Positions 1 to 13,624 of a stretch of DNA of 64,000 nucleotides are shown in pieces (position 1 is the stretch's first letter; every line of letters begins with the position of its first letter). This DNA is from Podarcis cretensis (Eukaryota). The DNA is taken from the NCBI GenBank assembly GCA_951804945.1, contig OX638151.1, positions 66,464,001 through 66,528,000 on the forward strand, written 5' to 3'. Made by a program: the position numbers and the translations under genes. The notes beneath the pieces were generated by a model that was not told where the DNA came from, did no database searches, and saw nothing but the letters and a program-made list of their open reading frames with translations.

Positions 1-371
1 AACTGGCTTGGAGGGTGAATTTAGTATGGATTCCCTAAGTGTACTGCAATGCATGGCAGTTGACCGCTAAGTGGTTTTTACTGCTTCTGTCTCTGAACCA
101 GTGTGGAACTCACTTAGAATTCAGGATCTGATCTACTGAGATCACTGTGTGATTAGGTGTTATGGTTTGCTTCAGTTATTAACTCAATCAGAGTTGTGGT
201 TTTGTTTTATCTCTTGGTTGGTCTTCATTTCCTCTATTTCCATAATCCGATGCATGTTGACACAGAAACAACTTCCACTAAGCTCAGTAGGACTTATTCC
301 TCTTTGAATACAGTCTTAATCATTTTCAAAATAATCTGTAGTTTTACATAATATATGTGTTTTCCTAACAG

Positions 372-463
372 GTGAACGCTGCCTGGATGATGATACCTAC
401 ATGAAGGATTTGCATCAGCTAAACCCAAATGCTGAGTGGGTTATAAAATCTAAAAACTGCTGA
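372..463 (+). CDS. ARHGAP18: Last coding exon of Rho GTPase-activating protein 18
   Basis: Acceptor ttttcctaacag (AG 370-371), phase 1; translates (G)ERCLDDDTYMKDLHQLNPNAEWVIKSKNC* with TGA at 461-463. Matches the recalled ARHGAP18 C-terminus (GERCLDDDTYMKDLYQLNPNAEWVIKSK), and ARHGAP18 is the known convergent neighbour of LAMA2. Confidence 0.92.
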
Positions 464-533
464 CTTTTTTTTTAATTTACAAAGAGATAACTGTGACTGA
501 TTTTTGCAAAAAACTAATGTTCATGTGCACCAA

Positions 534-539
534 AATAAA
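534..539 (+). promoter_or_regulatory. Candidate proximal polyadenylation signal for ARHGAP18
   Basis: AATAAA about 70 nt after the stop codon. The real 3'UTR may extend further. Confidence 0.4.
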
Positions 540-3500
540 AGCGTGATGTATTCATTTGATACTTCACAAATATTGCACTGTTAAGGGGCATTGTCAGTGC
601 TGCAGTTGGCTTACAGAAAGCCTTCTCCCTTTCTCCCAAGTCAATGCAAACTACTGAAGCAAAACTGGTAGGGCAGGTAGCTTTGTGATCTTAACTGATT
701 TTGTTGCACAGGAACAGTATGTACAGAACTTTTTTCTTATGGGAACCATTGTGCCTTTGGTATGGTCCCATCTAATTCCCATTACTTTCAGATTGCTTGT
801 TATGGCTTCATTTCTCCAATGAAGGGTCAATTTTTTATAATGAAGACATCTGTAAAAATTAGATGTTCCTTCATTGGGCCATCCAAATTATAAATGGTGC
901 TTGTAGTCCCTATGTAATCAGGACAATAGTGGCACAAAGAGTACCACACAAACTTACTACATGTATTTGTTTAAGTCACACAAAACAATGTACCTACCCT
1001 TTCTGTCTCCAGAAACACATTCATATGGGAAAGCTAACTTGCTATGAAGCCAGTAAACCAAAGAAAATCTCTGTATTACCACCCTAGATTCCACAGTCTT
1101 CTCAATTCTTAATGAGCTGCTACAAATATAAGCATTCTAGGGAAAGGAAATATATGTGGAACTTAAGTTCCATAACATATTAGGCATTTCCTTCATAATT
1201 CCATGTTGACAATAGTGTGAAAATTTGAATATAGATGCTTCTGTGTGATGAGTGCAATACTCACACTGGGCAATCTATGCAGGTTGGGAAAAGAATAATA
1301 TGTATAGTGTCTCCATGTGTGGTATTAATGTGAGTAGTCATATCAATGATCATTCAAGGGTCCAATATCCCCCAATGTCTTAGACATATGCACAGATAAT
1401 GTTTTCAATTCAGTATTGTCTAAAGTCAGTGAAGTCCAAAGATAATATTCATGACCTTTTAATTTCAGCATACTCACGTTGAAGCTTACAGTGTAGTCGT
1501 TGAGCACACTGTTGTGCATTCTGTGCAGATTAACATGGCTGAAAGTCTCATAATGAAAGGTATGGCCCTGGGCTTTGCTTAAGCATTCTCTTAACAACAA
1601 AGTTGTCATCAAAAGCGATTCACTTGTGGTTGAACATAAAGATGTGTTTTTCTCCCTACAGTGGAAGGGGTAGGCAAATTGTATGCAGATGAGCATTTAC
1701 CCTTATGTAGGTGGGGCTCACAGCAGATGTCTGTAAGGACATGTTGACCTTTGTATTTTGTTCTTCTGAAACAAAATCAACAGAAATTAAGCTTGTATAA
1801 ATAATGACAAAAAGAGGATGAAATGTATTACTGCTAGGATACAAGTCTTAAGATCCCTTCCTATTTTCAACAAGGAAGTATTACTGACATTCATTTTTGG
1901 CGGTAGCTATGAGCTCTTGCACCACCGACAAACCACGTGTTCCTGTGTCACTGAAATTATTCTAGCTTCTCTTGCTCCACAATTAATAGGCTATCAGAAG
2001 AGTCAGAAGTTCAGAGGCACAAACCTCAGTGGTATCTGCACTTGCAACATTCCCAGGGAATTGTGACCTAATCTCCTGCCATAAAATGACTGTATTGGTT
2101 TTTGAAGCCTCACCTTTCATGATCTGGTACTTTGGTGGGATTTGACTGTTTCAGGTCAGTAAAGTAGGGAGAAGAAAGCTTGTCTAAGCAGGAACTAGCT
2201 AGCACAGGGAATCTCTGGCCCTCCTGGTGTCTTTGGACTCCCATCATCCCTGGCCATTTGTCATGCTGGCAGGGGCTGATGGGAGTTGTAGTCTGACAGC
2301 ATCTGGAGGGCTGTGAATCCTGCATCCTTAAGGTGGAAACTCCTGGAACTCTTATCTCTCCTGCCACAGTCCACATGGCTACCAGGATGGTTTTCCCTTC
2401 TCTCCTTGATTGGCATGCAGCCATAACTGGGGATTCCCACTAGCCATCTCTGGTAAAGAGGAAATTTTAAAGGCAGAATAGTTTATGAATCTGGAACCTA
2501 GTTTAACAGGTAACATGAGATGCATTATGCAACCTTTGTAATACTTTACAGTCTGTAGTTGCTGCAAATCAGACTCAATTGCAAGGGAAATTTTAGGTAT
2601 TTGAATCAGAAACAATTACTGCTGCTGGGAACAGCTGTAGCGGTCATTAAACTACAAATGGCCTGTAGATTAGATTTTTTTAAAAAATAACTTTTGTTGC
2701 AGGGTTAGTGCCATTTTTATTACTATTTGAACAGCTCTTTTATATATGTAAATGAATTTTCATAATCTAATTTGATTTATGAGGTGTATACGTGGAGTAT
2801 ACACAACAGATACACTGACTAGTTAATGGGGAAGGGTGGGGAGTTACCACACTTTGTGTAGATTTGTACATAAAATGTTTCAGATGAAAAATGGTGAGTC
2901 TGTGTTTTCCTTTTCTGTGTATGTGTGTTGTTGCATAGGGCACATCACCAGGTCTTTGAAAACAGAAGTCTCGGGGGGGGGGGGAGCAGTCCAAAGATTT
3001 GTCTCTGCACTGAATCTAATGACACACATATGCAGTCAGATCCTTGTATGCCATTTAATTTAATACAATGTGACATTTGCCTAGTTCTGTATTTACAGTT
3101 GATGATACATATTTAAACCTGGGCCCCAGTGGTCACCATTGCATCCTCAGACATCTCCCTTGAAGCCAGCCAGAGCTGCTTGCCCCTTCCAATGTTACAA
3201 TTTAAATTTAAATTGCTTCTTTTTTGTTTGCATGAGGGGTGTTGTTTGGTTTTTTTGTCTGTATTTTATTCGTTTTGGGGCTGTGTGGGAGTGTTTTGCC
3301 TAGTGAATACAACAGGAGTGAGGAACTTCTGGTTTGTAGACTAGTCTTTGCTCACCAGTAGCTCTAATTTGGCCCACGAGGACATTTACCCCGAGCCACA
3401 TCCACCTGTCAGTCAGCTGAGGTGACTGGGGTTCAATCCTGCTGGCAAAACAGACCCCTGCAGAGAGCAGAATTGAACTGCACATTCATCAGTTGCTGAG

Positions 3501-5339
3501 CAAAAAGTTCAATCATTGCCCCAGATGATTGAAAGGTGGGTGGCCCTATGAGATGGGGGGAGGGGAGGAGAACTGTCCCTCAGGCAAAAATGATTTCCCA
3601 CACACTATATGCAAGCTATTAATTTACAGCACTTGGTTTCCATGTTTTTGCTATGCCTGTGGTATTTGAGTCTCACGTTGACATGTTCCTTCCCCTTCCT
3701 TGGTTCATTTGGGAAAGTAGCCACAGTGAATAGCAGAAGTCTATGCCCAGGTCTAAATGATGACACGTCTGTTTGATTGTTTTTAAATCCAGCTACCAAA
3801 ATGCTCAGTTTCTGATTTGTTTTTGGTATACTTCATCTTCTCATTTGCTTCTGGTCCGAACAATTGTCTTGCACTTTCTCCATTTTTATTTGTGGGACTT
3901 TTCTTTACAGCCTCCATAGGTGGCAGCATTGCTCCACAGCTGAACTCAAAGGTGAAAAAGCAAACACCCAGAAAAGTGAAATAGTTGAAATATTCTTTGA
4001 GTTTGTATGGAAACCCTGGCATTTATTGATAAAGTGGCTCTCCTTCAATAATGCCTGGACGCAGGAGGCAAATGTATTAAAGATACAAGATCTTAACATG
4101 TGGTCGCTGGATATCCCTTAAGTAGAAAATGTAAGAGGTATGCATCAAAATACAAATTGGCATGGCTTGAAAAGTGATGGAAATTGTAATCTTGCTTCAG
4201 CATTGCTGACACTTGCATCTCATTTTTGCAAGGTCCACCTAACTGTGGCAGACTTCGCCTTTTAAACCTGTCAGTAACAGTGAGAAGCATCATTCATTTT
4301 GTACGGTTTATTTAATCCTGTTACCTGCAGCATCTGTTTGTGCTGTTCAGTTAGCCATTAGTCTGCTTTATCTGACAATGTAAGTATTTTTTTAAAAGTA
4401 GCCTTGGAGAGCAGTAGTAATTTAATATTGCACAATCATTGGGAAACCTAACAATTTGGTGGTACCATTTTAAACAAGACCATTATTGCCTTGTTCTCAA
4501 TTATAGACCCAAAAAAGGTTTAATGGAATTTAGTACCTGCCTTCTACAAACTACATATTGTATTTTATTTAGAATTTTATATGTGTATAAATTGGTTAAA
4601 GAATTCCTAAGCAGTGTACAGAAAAACAGTTGTGTTACTCAATAGAAAGGGGTTTGAGTGGGAAAAGATAACAAGGGTCTTTTCTCTCTTCCTTAGAGGG
4701 TTGATGATGAGATGATAGTAGCCTTGTTACTGGGGTGTAAGCATTAATACAAATATCACTCACTCAGTGTTTCTGAAACACACTGCAAAACCCATACACC
4801 AGAGACATTAGTGGTGTCAAAATGTTAACAGCATAGCAGTGGGCGACATCCAGTTATGTCTGCCTGATTGCACAATGGAAATTTGATCCTGCAACAATTC
4901 CCATTTCTCTTCTCTCTGCCTCCTAGAACCTTCTACATGCCCTCAAAAAGTGCTGTGGGTGTATTCCAACCACCCTGGGCAGATTTGGGGACAGGGAGAG
5001 AGAAGAGGAAGGGGAATCCCCATTGCACAAGCAGACACCCACTTGCAGTAGTTTGTGTCTTACCCAGTGCCTCATGTCACACTCCTGAACTATCTTAAAA
5101 GAGTTTTGTGCTTAATTCGATTTCTTTTTTTAACCCACATTTAGTTTACACAAATAAGGAAGGTACCTTAGGAGCTTGTAGGTTATCCAAATGTATTGCT
5201 GTGTACATGCAATAGATTTTTCAATGGTTTGTACCACCTCACAGTGGGCACACGGGGATTGTGCATTTGCAACTTTAGACCACAAAGAGAGATTAACAGG
5301 GGATGGACTGTCAGTCTGCAATGTGCACTGTGGAATTAT

Positions 5340-5593
5340 GGTGACACTCAAACCATACATTTCAAACACTCTGATACCAGTCAGGACTTCCGCCAAAGAA
5401 TTCTGGGAGCTGTAGTTTGTTAAAAGTGCTGAGAGTTGTTAAAAGACCCCTGACTTCATAGAGCTACAATTTCAAGAGCGGTTGAACAACCAAAACATTT
5501 CTCAGGGAACTCTACAGCTCCCAGAATTCTTTGGGAGAAGTCATGACTATTGAAAAGCGGTATAGAGCTTTAAATACAGGATGTGAATGCAAC
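5340..5593. mobile_element. Degenerate palindromic MITE-like repeat
   Basis: Internal inverted segments aagaattctgggagctgtag and ctacagctcccagaattctt; its right end abuts the solo LTR at 5594. Confidence 0.5.
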
Positions 5594-6740
5594 TGTAACA
5601 GACCCACCACTTAATACCACCAAATAATAAGGTGGCAGATCTGCTAACTGCCCCCTATGAAATATAGCCACCCACCTCAGGGTACACCAGTTACACAAAC
5701 TTCTACAATTTACCACAGATTGTCTAGTGGGGGACTTGTGTGAGGGAAAACTTAATGATTTAGAGTCTCAGGCAGGAGTTCAACAAACAAACACAAGAAA
5801 AGCTTATTGAACTAAAGTCAGAAAATGTGTTCCTTCAGGTAGAAGTTAACTTGTTTGCTTTAACTTAAAGATGTCTCAGGCTTAAACAAAACACTGTATG
5901 CACAGCTCCTCTTAAACTTCAGTTACTAAAAATCAGGTGTTACACTTCAGGTGATAACATATTCAGGTTTCCGAAACAGATGGTAAAATGCTCAGCTCGG
6001 TTTCTGTCACTTGGATTATTACAGTTAAAGACTTTCAACACCGTACAGCTTCCTTCACAGCTTAATACTTTGGTTCATGAGCAAGGGGCACTTTTCTTCA
6101 GTTACCCACTCTCTTAAGCACCCCACGCCTGAGGTCTTCTAAATGGTGTAACAGACCCAGGGGATCACCTCACCCCTTGTCACTGGTTTGGGAATCTTCA
6201 GTACCTAGAAGAACTCTCCCCTCCTGGCTATACGGAAACCCAGGTAGCCTGAATTCCCACAGGATCTACTTCTCCCGGCTCAGACTCAGTCCTCCCAGGT
6301 CACTCCTGTCTGTATACCTTTCCCAGACCCTCATCCCAGTCTCCCTATCCAAGCTGCAAGGCTCTGTCCTCTTGCTATTGATAGTGTGTATGTTTCACTT
6401 CACTCAGAACCAGTTCTCCTTTTCTCACTCCCTAACTCCCAATTCCAGTCAAACTGAAGTATTTCAGTTTAAAGTGTAAATTTAAACGGGGGAAACAGAG
6501 AAAAATGGGACTGTACATTGCCATCTGGTAGCACGTTATATTGCACATAGCCATCTAAATCACTTTTTCTTTACTAGTCTAGCTGAGTCCCCTAACTCTC
6601 CCTCGGAAACTCCTCCTTTTATTCTCCCCGGCAAAGTGCTAGCTGACTCCATAGCCAATGGGCGAGGGCTTCCCACACTCTGGTGGAGTTTCAGTGGAAC
6701 TGCAGCACCAGACTCTGGTCTGACTCTGTTGTCCGTCACT
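5594..6740 (-). mobile_element. Solo-LTR-like element (~1.15 kb)
   Basis: Flanked by 5-bp direct repeat GCAAC (5589-5593 and 6741-6745). Termini are TGTAACA...GTCACT (degenerate TG..CA). CCAAT (6655-6659) and an AT-rich TATA-like box (6617-6623) suggest - orientation. Confidence 0.6.
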
Positions 6741-9700
6741 GCAACCTAAGATATGTCTGCCATCATGGAAAAGAGAGAAACTCTAGGCAGCACAAGGTTT
6801 TCAGGGGACTGATTTCATAAGCTGTTGAGCTGGGCTTTCCCTTGCATGTATATCTTTGTAACAGCAGGCAGAGCATTTTGCTAATGTCATAACAATAATA
6901 GTGTCTCTGGGTGCCAACTTGCACTGTAAAAAGCCATTCCATACACAGTTGATATTGGGGAAAAGGAACAATAGGTCTGATGCAATAGCTTCCATGAAGC
7001 TAGCAGCATCTATGTTGGTTTTTAAAAATACATTCAGTTTTTAGGTTTCACCCTGTTAATGCAAACAATTGAACAGAACAATACAGTTTCCATAATGCAC
7101 AAAAGACGTACTTTATAAAGAGTTAGATTAGTGTCAAGGAACTAAGTTTAATTGGAATGGTTTTTGATCAGTTGTTTAAAGGGAAAGTAAGTCTGAGGAG
7201 TCCAGCTCTGGCATTATTAGAGGAGGAGTGACGGAAATCTATGTGGGCCTTTTTGCATTTTCACTCTGTGGAGTCTGGTTTGGATAAGAAAGGAAACTCA
7301 AGTGAGCCTTGGCTGCTTTATGTACCAGAAATGGGCCCTGGTGCTGTGCAGGAGGTGAGGAGCATTAATGCATCGATAAGCAAAATGGCCAGGTTTCTAA
7401 TAGAAATGTACCGATGGGGAGCATGTTTAGTTTTCGGTGAAAATCATTAGTCCACTTTGTGAATCTTGGCAGCATGTATTCCCTATTGTAGTGGAGAGCT
7501 GACTGCAGCGGGTGAAAGATCAGATACTGCTTGTTAAACCTTCTTGTTGAAGCTGTAGCTAATTAAAAGTTTCTGCCGGCAGCCAATTAGTTTGACTTGT
7601 TGGAAAAAGTACTTCGGTTGGATTTCATGCCACTTGAAGAGCATTAGCTGCTTGGGATTAGGTAGTAGCGATTCAATTGACATGGGCTGTTACCCTCCGC
7701 TCCCACTCCAAATTCAGAGCAGCCTTTTGAGGCTAATCAGCATGCATCATGTGTTTTTATCAAGGGCAGGAGCCACTTCACAGTTGCGCTACCCAACACG
7801 GCTGAGCAGAATTCTGCCTTCCTCCTTCACTCTGCCTACCCTGACAGGACGCCATGTAGACTAGCATGCCCGCACACAGGTCTATCCATAGCCAGACCCC
7901 CCTCTCTGCCCAAGGCAAGCTGTGTTAGAAGATGGTCTAGACAAGGGTACCTCATCCTGTCTGCACTACCTGGGTGTATGCTCATGCAGATTTCTCACAG
8001 GTGGGTTCTCCATTTTGGCTTTATTTCTGTTAATAAATCATGACATGGTGTGTAATATGTCATGTGGTGTTGTTCATCTGAGGCTGTATATACCTAATTT
8101 TAAAACCAGCTAAGGAACAAATGGTTGTTGTTATGTCCTGGTATGTAAAACCATAGAATTCATAGAGAGTGTACTTTCTTTTCCACATGACTTTAAGTAT
8201 CTGTGATTTATTTTAGCCCAAGTATTTTTGTGTGGGGAATGTTTGTTTAAAGGTGACTGATGGCCGATGTAAAATCTAACCAAGTTTTAATATGCCTGGA
8301 GCAATCACCGTTGTGCTTAACTCTGCTACTGGATAGTAGAAATCTCTCTTCCAAACCTCTCTCACACCAACAGTATTTCCTTAGGTCTACAGAAGCAGCT
8401 GCTAGCCCAGACCTGATGTTTTTACTTGCTGAAAGGCATATATTGATGGAATCTGAGTGAAAACCCACCTCCATTACTAGGAGATGAAAAGCATCTTACA
8501 AAACATTTAGAATCCACCAATTTCCTGGCTTACCAAATCCATTCTGCAGTAATGCAATTTCCACTGACTTTTTAGCAAGAAGATGCATTTTACAATTAAC
8601 AAAATGTGCAGTTATCTTTCAATGCATAGCTAGCCATGCACTGAGAGCCCAGCCATTCATGGCTTTGAGCACTGTACATTACATTTAATTGAAAAACATG
8701 ATGGTACATAAAGCTCTATAACCTTCCCTGTGCTGTCTATAAACTGTAAGCAAATACATCTGGTGATATTATGTATACCATAAAAAACTTTTTCATGCTT
8801 GTGTAGCATGTTCTGGCGGGGGAAGCAGGTGGAGGCTAGAGAGCATCTGGGTTGGGACTGGGACAACTAACCACCTTTTAGAGATGATGGGGAACATGGT
8901 TTAGGTCATCGGGGAGTGGGGGTAAGGTAGAAGCTAGCAAGAAGCATATAGATTGACATTATAGATATTTAAAGACCCCAAAGAATCATAGGAGAAATTG
9001 CCTCAGAAAATTTCTCCATAGTTTACTTACTGAATGAATGAATGTATATCCCACCTGTCTTCCCAAAGGAGGCTAGGGTCAGGGTGGCAGTTTATCCATT
9101 GCATTCCTCTCAAAATGCCCTGTGCTGGTATGCAGTGGTCTCTTTAGAATGGTTTGTATAAATAATATTTCCCTTAATAAAGTGTGGTTATGTTGCTTTA
9201 TGAAGGCAATCAATTATACACCTTTTATACTATGGAGGCTCCCCCAACTCACCAAAGTAGACATTGAAGGGAGCACAGTGGAGAAGGAGAGGATGAGGAA
9301 GTCCCATTGAATGCGCCAATGTCTGTTCCACTTTTGCAACAGGAGGGTTGGGTACAACCTATGGCACCACCACCACAAAACCGGCCATATCTTTGTAACC
9401 ATATGCGCTTAATACTTTCTGATAGCCATTTGTAATAGGGCTAAAGCGGACAATCAGCACAGTCATGGTAAAACCAAATTTCCACCATGCGCTATATATC
9501 TCACCTGTCATTACAGGAACACAAATTTAGGAACCAAGAAAGCTGCCATCTATTGTTATTTCAGACTACTTGTCCATCTTGCTCAGTTTTGTCTATCATG
9601 ACTGGCGTTAAGATCTCAGGCACGGGTCTAATGTCTCTTACTACCTGGGACCTTCTGCATTCTTAGCATGTGCTCCACATAGCTAGGCCTTTCCGTTCAT

Positions 9701-10928
9701 CAGAGCTAGAGAAAAGTTGATTTTAAACATGCAGCAATATGTGCTGACATACCAAATATAATTTACTCTCCAGGTAAAGTGAAAAGTAGCCGCTCTTCCT
9801 CCTCCTCTTAACAGTTCACCACTACTCTAGATTTTCAATTCCCATAATAAAGATCGTGACAACCGTAACACACACTATATAAAATAATTACTTTTCCCTG
9901 TCAGCTGGTATTACGTCAGACATGTTCTTAAAACAATACAAGTGAGCTTCAATGGAGCCTCTGAAAGGGAACTGCAATGAAGCAATTTAGAAATGCAGCA
10001 ATAAAATGGATGGTAGTTGCTGAAGTCTATTCACTGTGAATTACCTTCAATATATTTACCATTTCTGGGTTTCTAGAGTGCTTTCCAGTAATTACATAGT
10101 TGCCTTGAAGGGACAGTACTTCCTCTATCAGCTCTTTTAAATTAAATCTACAGAGGACGTGACAAATGGTCATTTAGGCAAGCTAAGAATCCAGGCAACA
10201 ATGATGGGGAAGGGAAACGATGAATAAAGTCCTTGAATAAGGCTGAGGTAGCATCTTTCCCAATGAATGGAGGAAACTAGCCTCTAGAATAACTTCTGAC
10301 TCTTTAAATCACAGGTGGGCGACATGTAGCCCTCCAAATATTATGGCATTGTTAACTTGCACCACCCCTGACCGGAGGCCGTGCTGGTTTGACTGATGGG
10401 ACTTAGCGTCCAGCAACATTTAGAGGGTCACCCACCCCTGCCATAAAGGCCTATTCACTAATGCATGGTGGATATAAATGTGGTCACCAATAAAACTAGC
10501 AGATGCTCCATTTTGTTGCTGTTTTCCAGCTAAGGTCACAGAGCAATAGGCAGAAGTGTACTGAAGTGAGCAGGGGCAGGCAATGTGTTGCCCTTCAGAT
10601 GTTGTTAGTTTACAGCCTTTATCATCAAAGCAGCTCACAAGAATCACAATGGCATTAACAAACAACAACAAAAATTGCAATCACTGTAATACCAAACATA
10701 GTAGAATATAAATAAACAACTTGTCACCTACCCAGCAAAACCAGGAATACAATTCAATAAAGTAATAGTAACTCATAGTATTGCCAGGATACTTCCTAAG
10801 CACATGGAGAGTAAGCACAACTAAGCACAACTCCAGAGTAACAAAAAATGGATTGGCTAAGTCCTGTTGGTTATCAAATGCATTGTTTTGCAACAATGGT
10901 TAGAAAGCTTCCTCCTAGTCCACTGAGA

Positions 10929-11306
10929 GGGACGCAGGTGGCGCTGTGGGTTAAAGCCTCAGCGCCTAGGACTTGCCGATCGAAAGGTCGGCGGTTCGAA
11001 TCCCTGCGGCGGGGTGCGCTCCCGCTGCTCGGTCCCAGCGCCTGCCAACCTAGCAGTTTGAAAGCACCTCCGGGTGCAAGTAGATAAATAGGGACCGCTT
11101 ACCAGCGGGAAGGTAAACGGCGTTTCCGTGTGCGGCTCTGGCTCTGGCTCTGGCTCTGGCCAGAGCAGCAATGTCACGCTGGCCACGTGACCCGGAAGTG
11201 TCTCCGGACAGCGCTGGCCCCTGGCCTCTTAAGTGAGATGGGCGCACAACCCCAGAGTCTGTCAAGACTGGCCCGTACGGGCAGGGGTACCTTTACCTTT
11301 ACCTTT
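10929..11306 (+). mobile_element. Sauria/Squam1-type tRNA-derived SINE, young full-length copy
   Basis: Pol III A-box (tggcgctgtgg) and B-box (ggttcgaatcc), (ACCTTT)3 tail, ~13-14-bp TSD tagtc(c/t)actgaga at 10916-10928 and 11306-11318; CpG-rich. Confidence 0.92.
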
Positions 11307-12061
11307 AGTCTACTGAGAGTGATCAGTGTATGGGATCATGTCACAAATAGCTCTTTGGGGATGTAGTTTGTGGACAAAAGGGCAATATTACGTGTGTGTA
11401 CTTGAAGTCAGCTTTATTGAGTTCAATAGAATTTTGGCCCAGGAAAGTGTGTTTAGGATTCAGACTCCATTTCCTTTCCAAACAGGATCAGTGTCAGCAG
11501 AAATGTTGAAAGCCAAATATAGCCGAAGCAAAATTGTCCAGATAAGCCTAAGTGAAATTATTGGACTTAAAACGGTGTCTCTCTGTGTGTCTACGTTGGT
11601 ACTTGGAGTGAATTAATTAGTATGGAAGAAGTGCTTTGAAGATGAAAAGCATTTTGTAAAGACTAAGCATTAATTTTGTCACTGCATTGTAATCGTTCCC
11701 AGTTGTTCCACAAATTAGTTGCCTAATAAGGCTTTAATAGTGCTCATTTATCTTTTCTGTATCAGGTGTGAGCCACAGTTGTTATAATAGCTTTACAGCT
11801 TCTTTTCTCTTTACATAAAAGAGCATTTTCATAAGTGAGGTTTAAATCACTTTTGAGCCTTGTGTGTGCTATTTATGTCAATGTTTGCGTGTTGTTCATT
11901 TAGAAAAGGAGCATTTAGTAAACGTGAGTAAATATCCCAGCCAAGGTGGGTTTTTTACATTTACATTACAAACCACTTGAGCCAAAAGCACGTAAACAGC
12001 CACAGGCAGGAAAATGTCTTAAGTATTTAAATGACAGGTGGAAAAACAAACAAAATAATAA

Positions 12062-13206
12062 TGTTGCCAACTGTAGTCTGAGTCTTTCAACATCTGAGTG
12101 GAAGACAGTTAGCTGGAACATTCAGATGCTCTTGGATTAAGTTAACTTTATGGATCTGAATCCAGATAACTTCCAGCTGGGTTCCAGAACAGGAACATCC
12201 TAGGATTTGCTGGCTAGCTTGCTTGCATCAGGAGAAGATGGGGGTGGGTAGGTTGTGGGTTTGCACCATTACTTATTTTCTTAAAGACTTCTCAACAGCT
12301 TTCAGTATTGTTGACTAGTTCCTATGGTATTACTTGGGACCATCTCTGTTGTTTGGGAGCTGGTGGTTCTGTTTTCTCCCAAAGAGTATGCACCAGGAGG
12401 TGGTTGTAACAGGAGAATGATTGACTGCCAGGTGTGTGGAGTCAGAGAGTGACAGGTGCAGAGAATCAGTTGAGAAAGACAAGAGTGAGAGAGGGTGTGT
12501 GAGGGAGACCATAGGTAAAAGGCTGGGAGTTAGAGGAAAGTCAGGTTTGTTAGGTTAGTAAAACTACTCTTGTTCTTTATTAAGTGACTTCTTATTGTTT
12601 GGTATCTCCCATGAATAAGCTGTAGGGTAATCAGCCTAGCATGCTTGAGTCTAATTAGTGCATGAAAGGATTAAATCCATAGAGAAAGCTGTCCTGTCTG
12701 TGTCACTTCCTCTCACCACAAGAGGAAATGGGTAGTAACCAAGCCTTTGTCCATGTGAAATTCAGTATGTAAGGAGCTCTGAGCTGATTGCTCCAACCAG
12801 CAAAGGGCTTTAACTAGCCTTTCTTGTTTCAGTCCTGAATGGAGTCTGAAACTAGCATTTTTTTCTGTACCAAAAGTTTGTTTTGTAACTAAGCAACATT
12901 TTTAATTGTTTGGGCATCTTTTGTGACTACTGCATGGAAAAAGCACAGAAATCTGACCTTTGAAGAGTTATGTAGGTAAACAATTTTGTTACTTTCTTAA
13001 TGTGTGCTATGCTAGGGAAGTGGGATAGCTTGGAGAGATTTTTTAAAAGGGGACACTTTGGGGCTCACTGGAAGGGCACATTTCAAAGGTTTCACAACCT
13101 ATATTTCAATGCTTTTCTTTGCTGCATATTTTGTGATGTTAAATCTCCGCTGGGGTTCTTTCACAAGAGAGTACTTGCCCCAAACTTAGCTCCCAAGATT
13201 TCAACA
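12062..13206 (+). mobile_element. Possible solo LTR (~1.15 kb)
   Basis: TGTTG...CAACA inverted termini and a purine-rich LTR-like interior; no clean TSD seen. Confidence 0.35.
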
Positions 13207-13374
13207 TAAAAAACAAGCTGAGTTTAAAATTTTATGAATGTGATTGTGTCTGGGGAGTGATGGGTCAGCAGTTTTCTGGCTCACCTCTCATGCTGGCTTA
13301 GTATTACAATAAAAGCTGAGCCTCTGTAAATTTTGGGGAACATTACAGGAAGTGGACCAAGTAAAGTTAATATA

Positions 13375-13624
13375 CAGTTGTACCTTGGAAGTTGAACGGA
13401 ATCTGTTTGGGGAGACCGTTTGACTTCCAAAACATTTGGAAACCAAAGCACAACTTCTGATGGGCTTCAGGAAGCTCCTGCAGCCAATCGGAAACTGCGG
13501 AAGCCCCGTTGGACGTTCGACTTCCAAAAACAGTTTGCAAACCAGAACAGTCACTACTAGGTTTGCAACATTCGGGAGCCAAAACGTTCGGGAACTAAGC
13601 TGTTTGACTTCCAAGGTACGACTG
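13375..13624. mobile_element. Tc1/mariner (pogo/Tigger-like) MITE
   Basis: TIRs cagttgtaccttggaagttgaac and gtttgacttccaaggtacgactg; TA on the left, decayed TG on the right. Confidence 0.8.

Noticed and set aside
3911-3928. CTCF-like cctccataggtggcagca
   Set aside because: The 5' half of the core fits the consensus poorly and cannot be supported without a PWM score.
10935-11005. tRNA-like A/B boxes (also at 29025, 33145, 46175, 49440)
   Set aside because: They are SINE heads with no cloverleaf or acceptor stem, each followed by SINE body and tail.
10848-11366. Several overlapping ORFs repeated at 28968-29400
   Set aside because: They fall inside duplicated SINE copies, so their similarity reflects the repeat, not a gene family.
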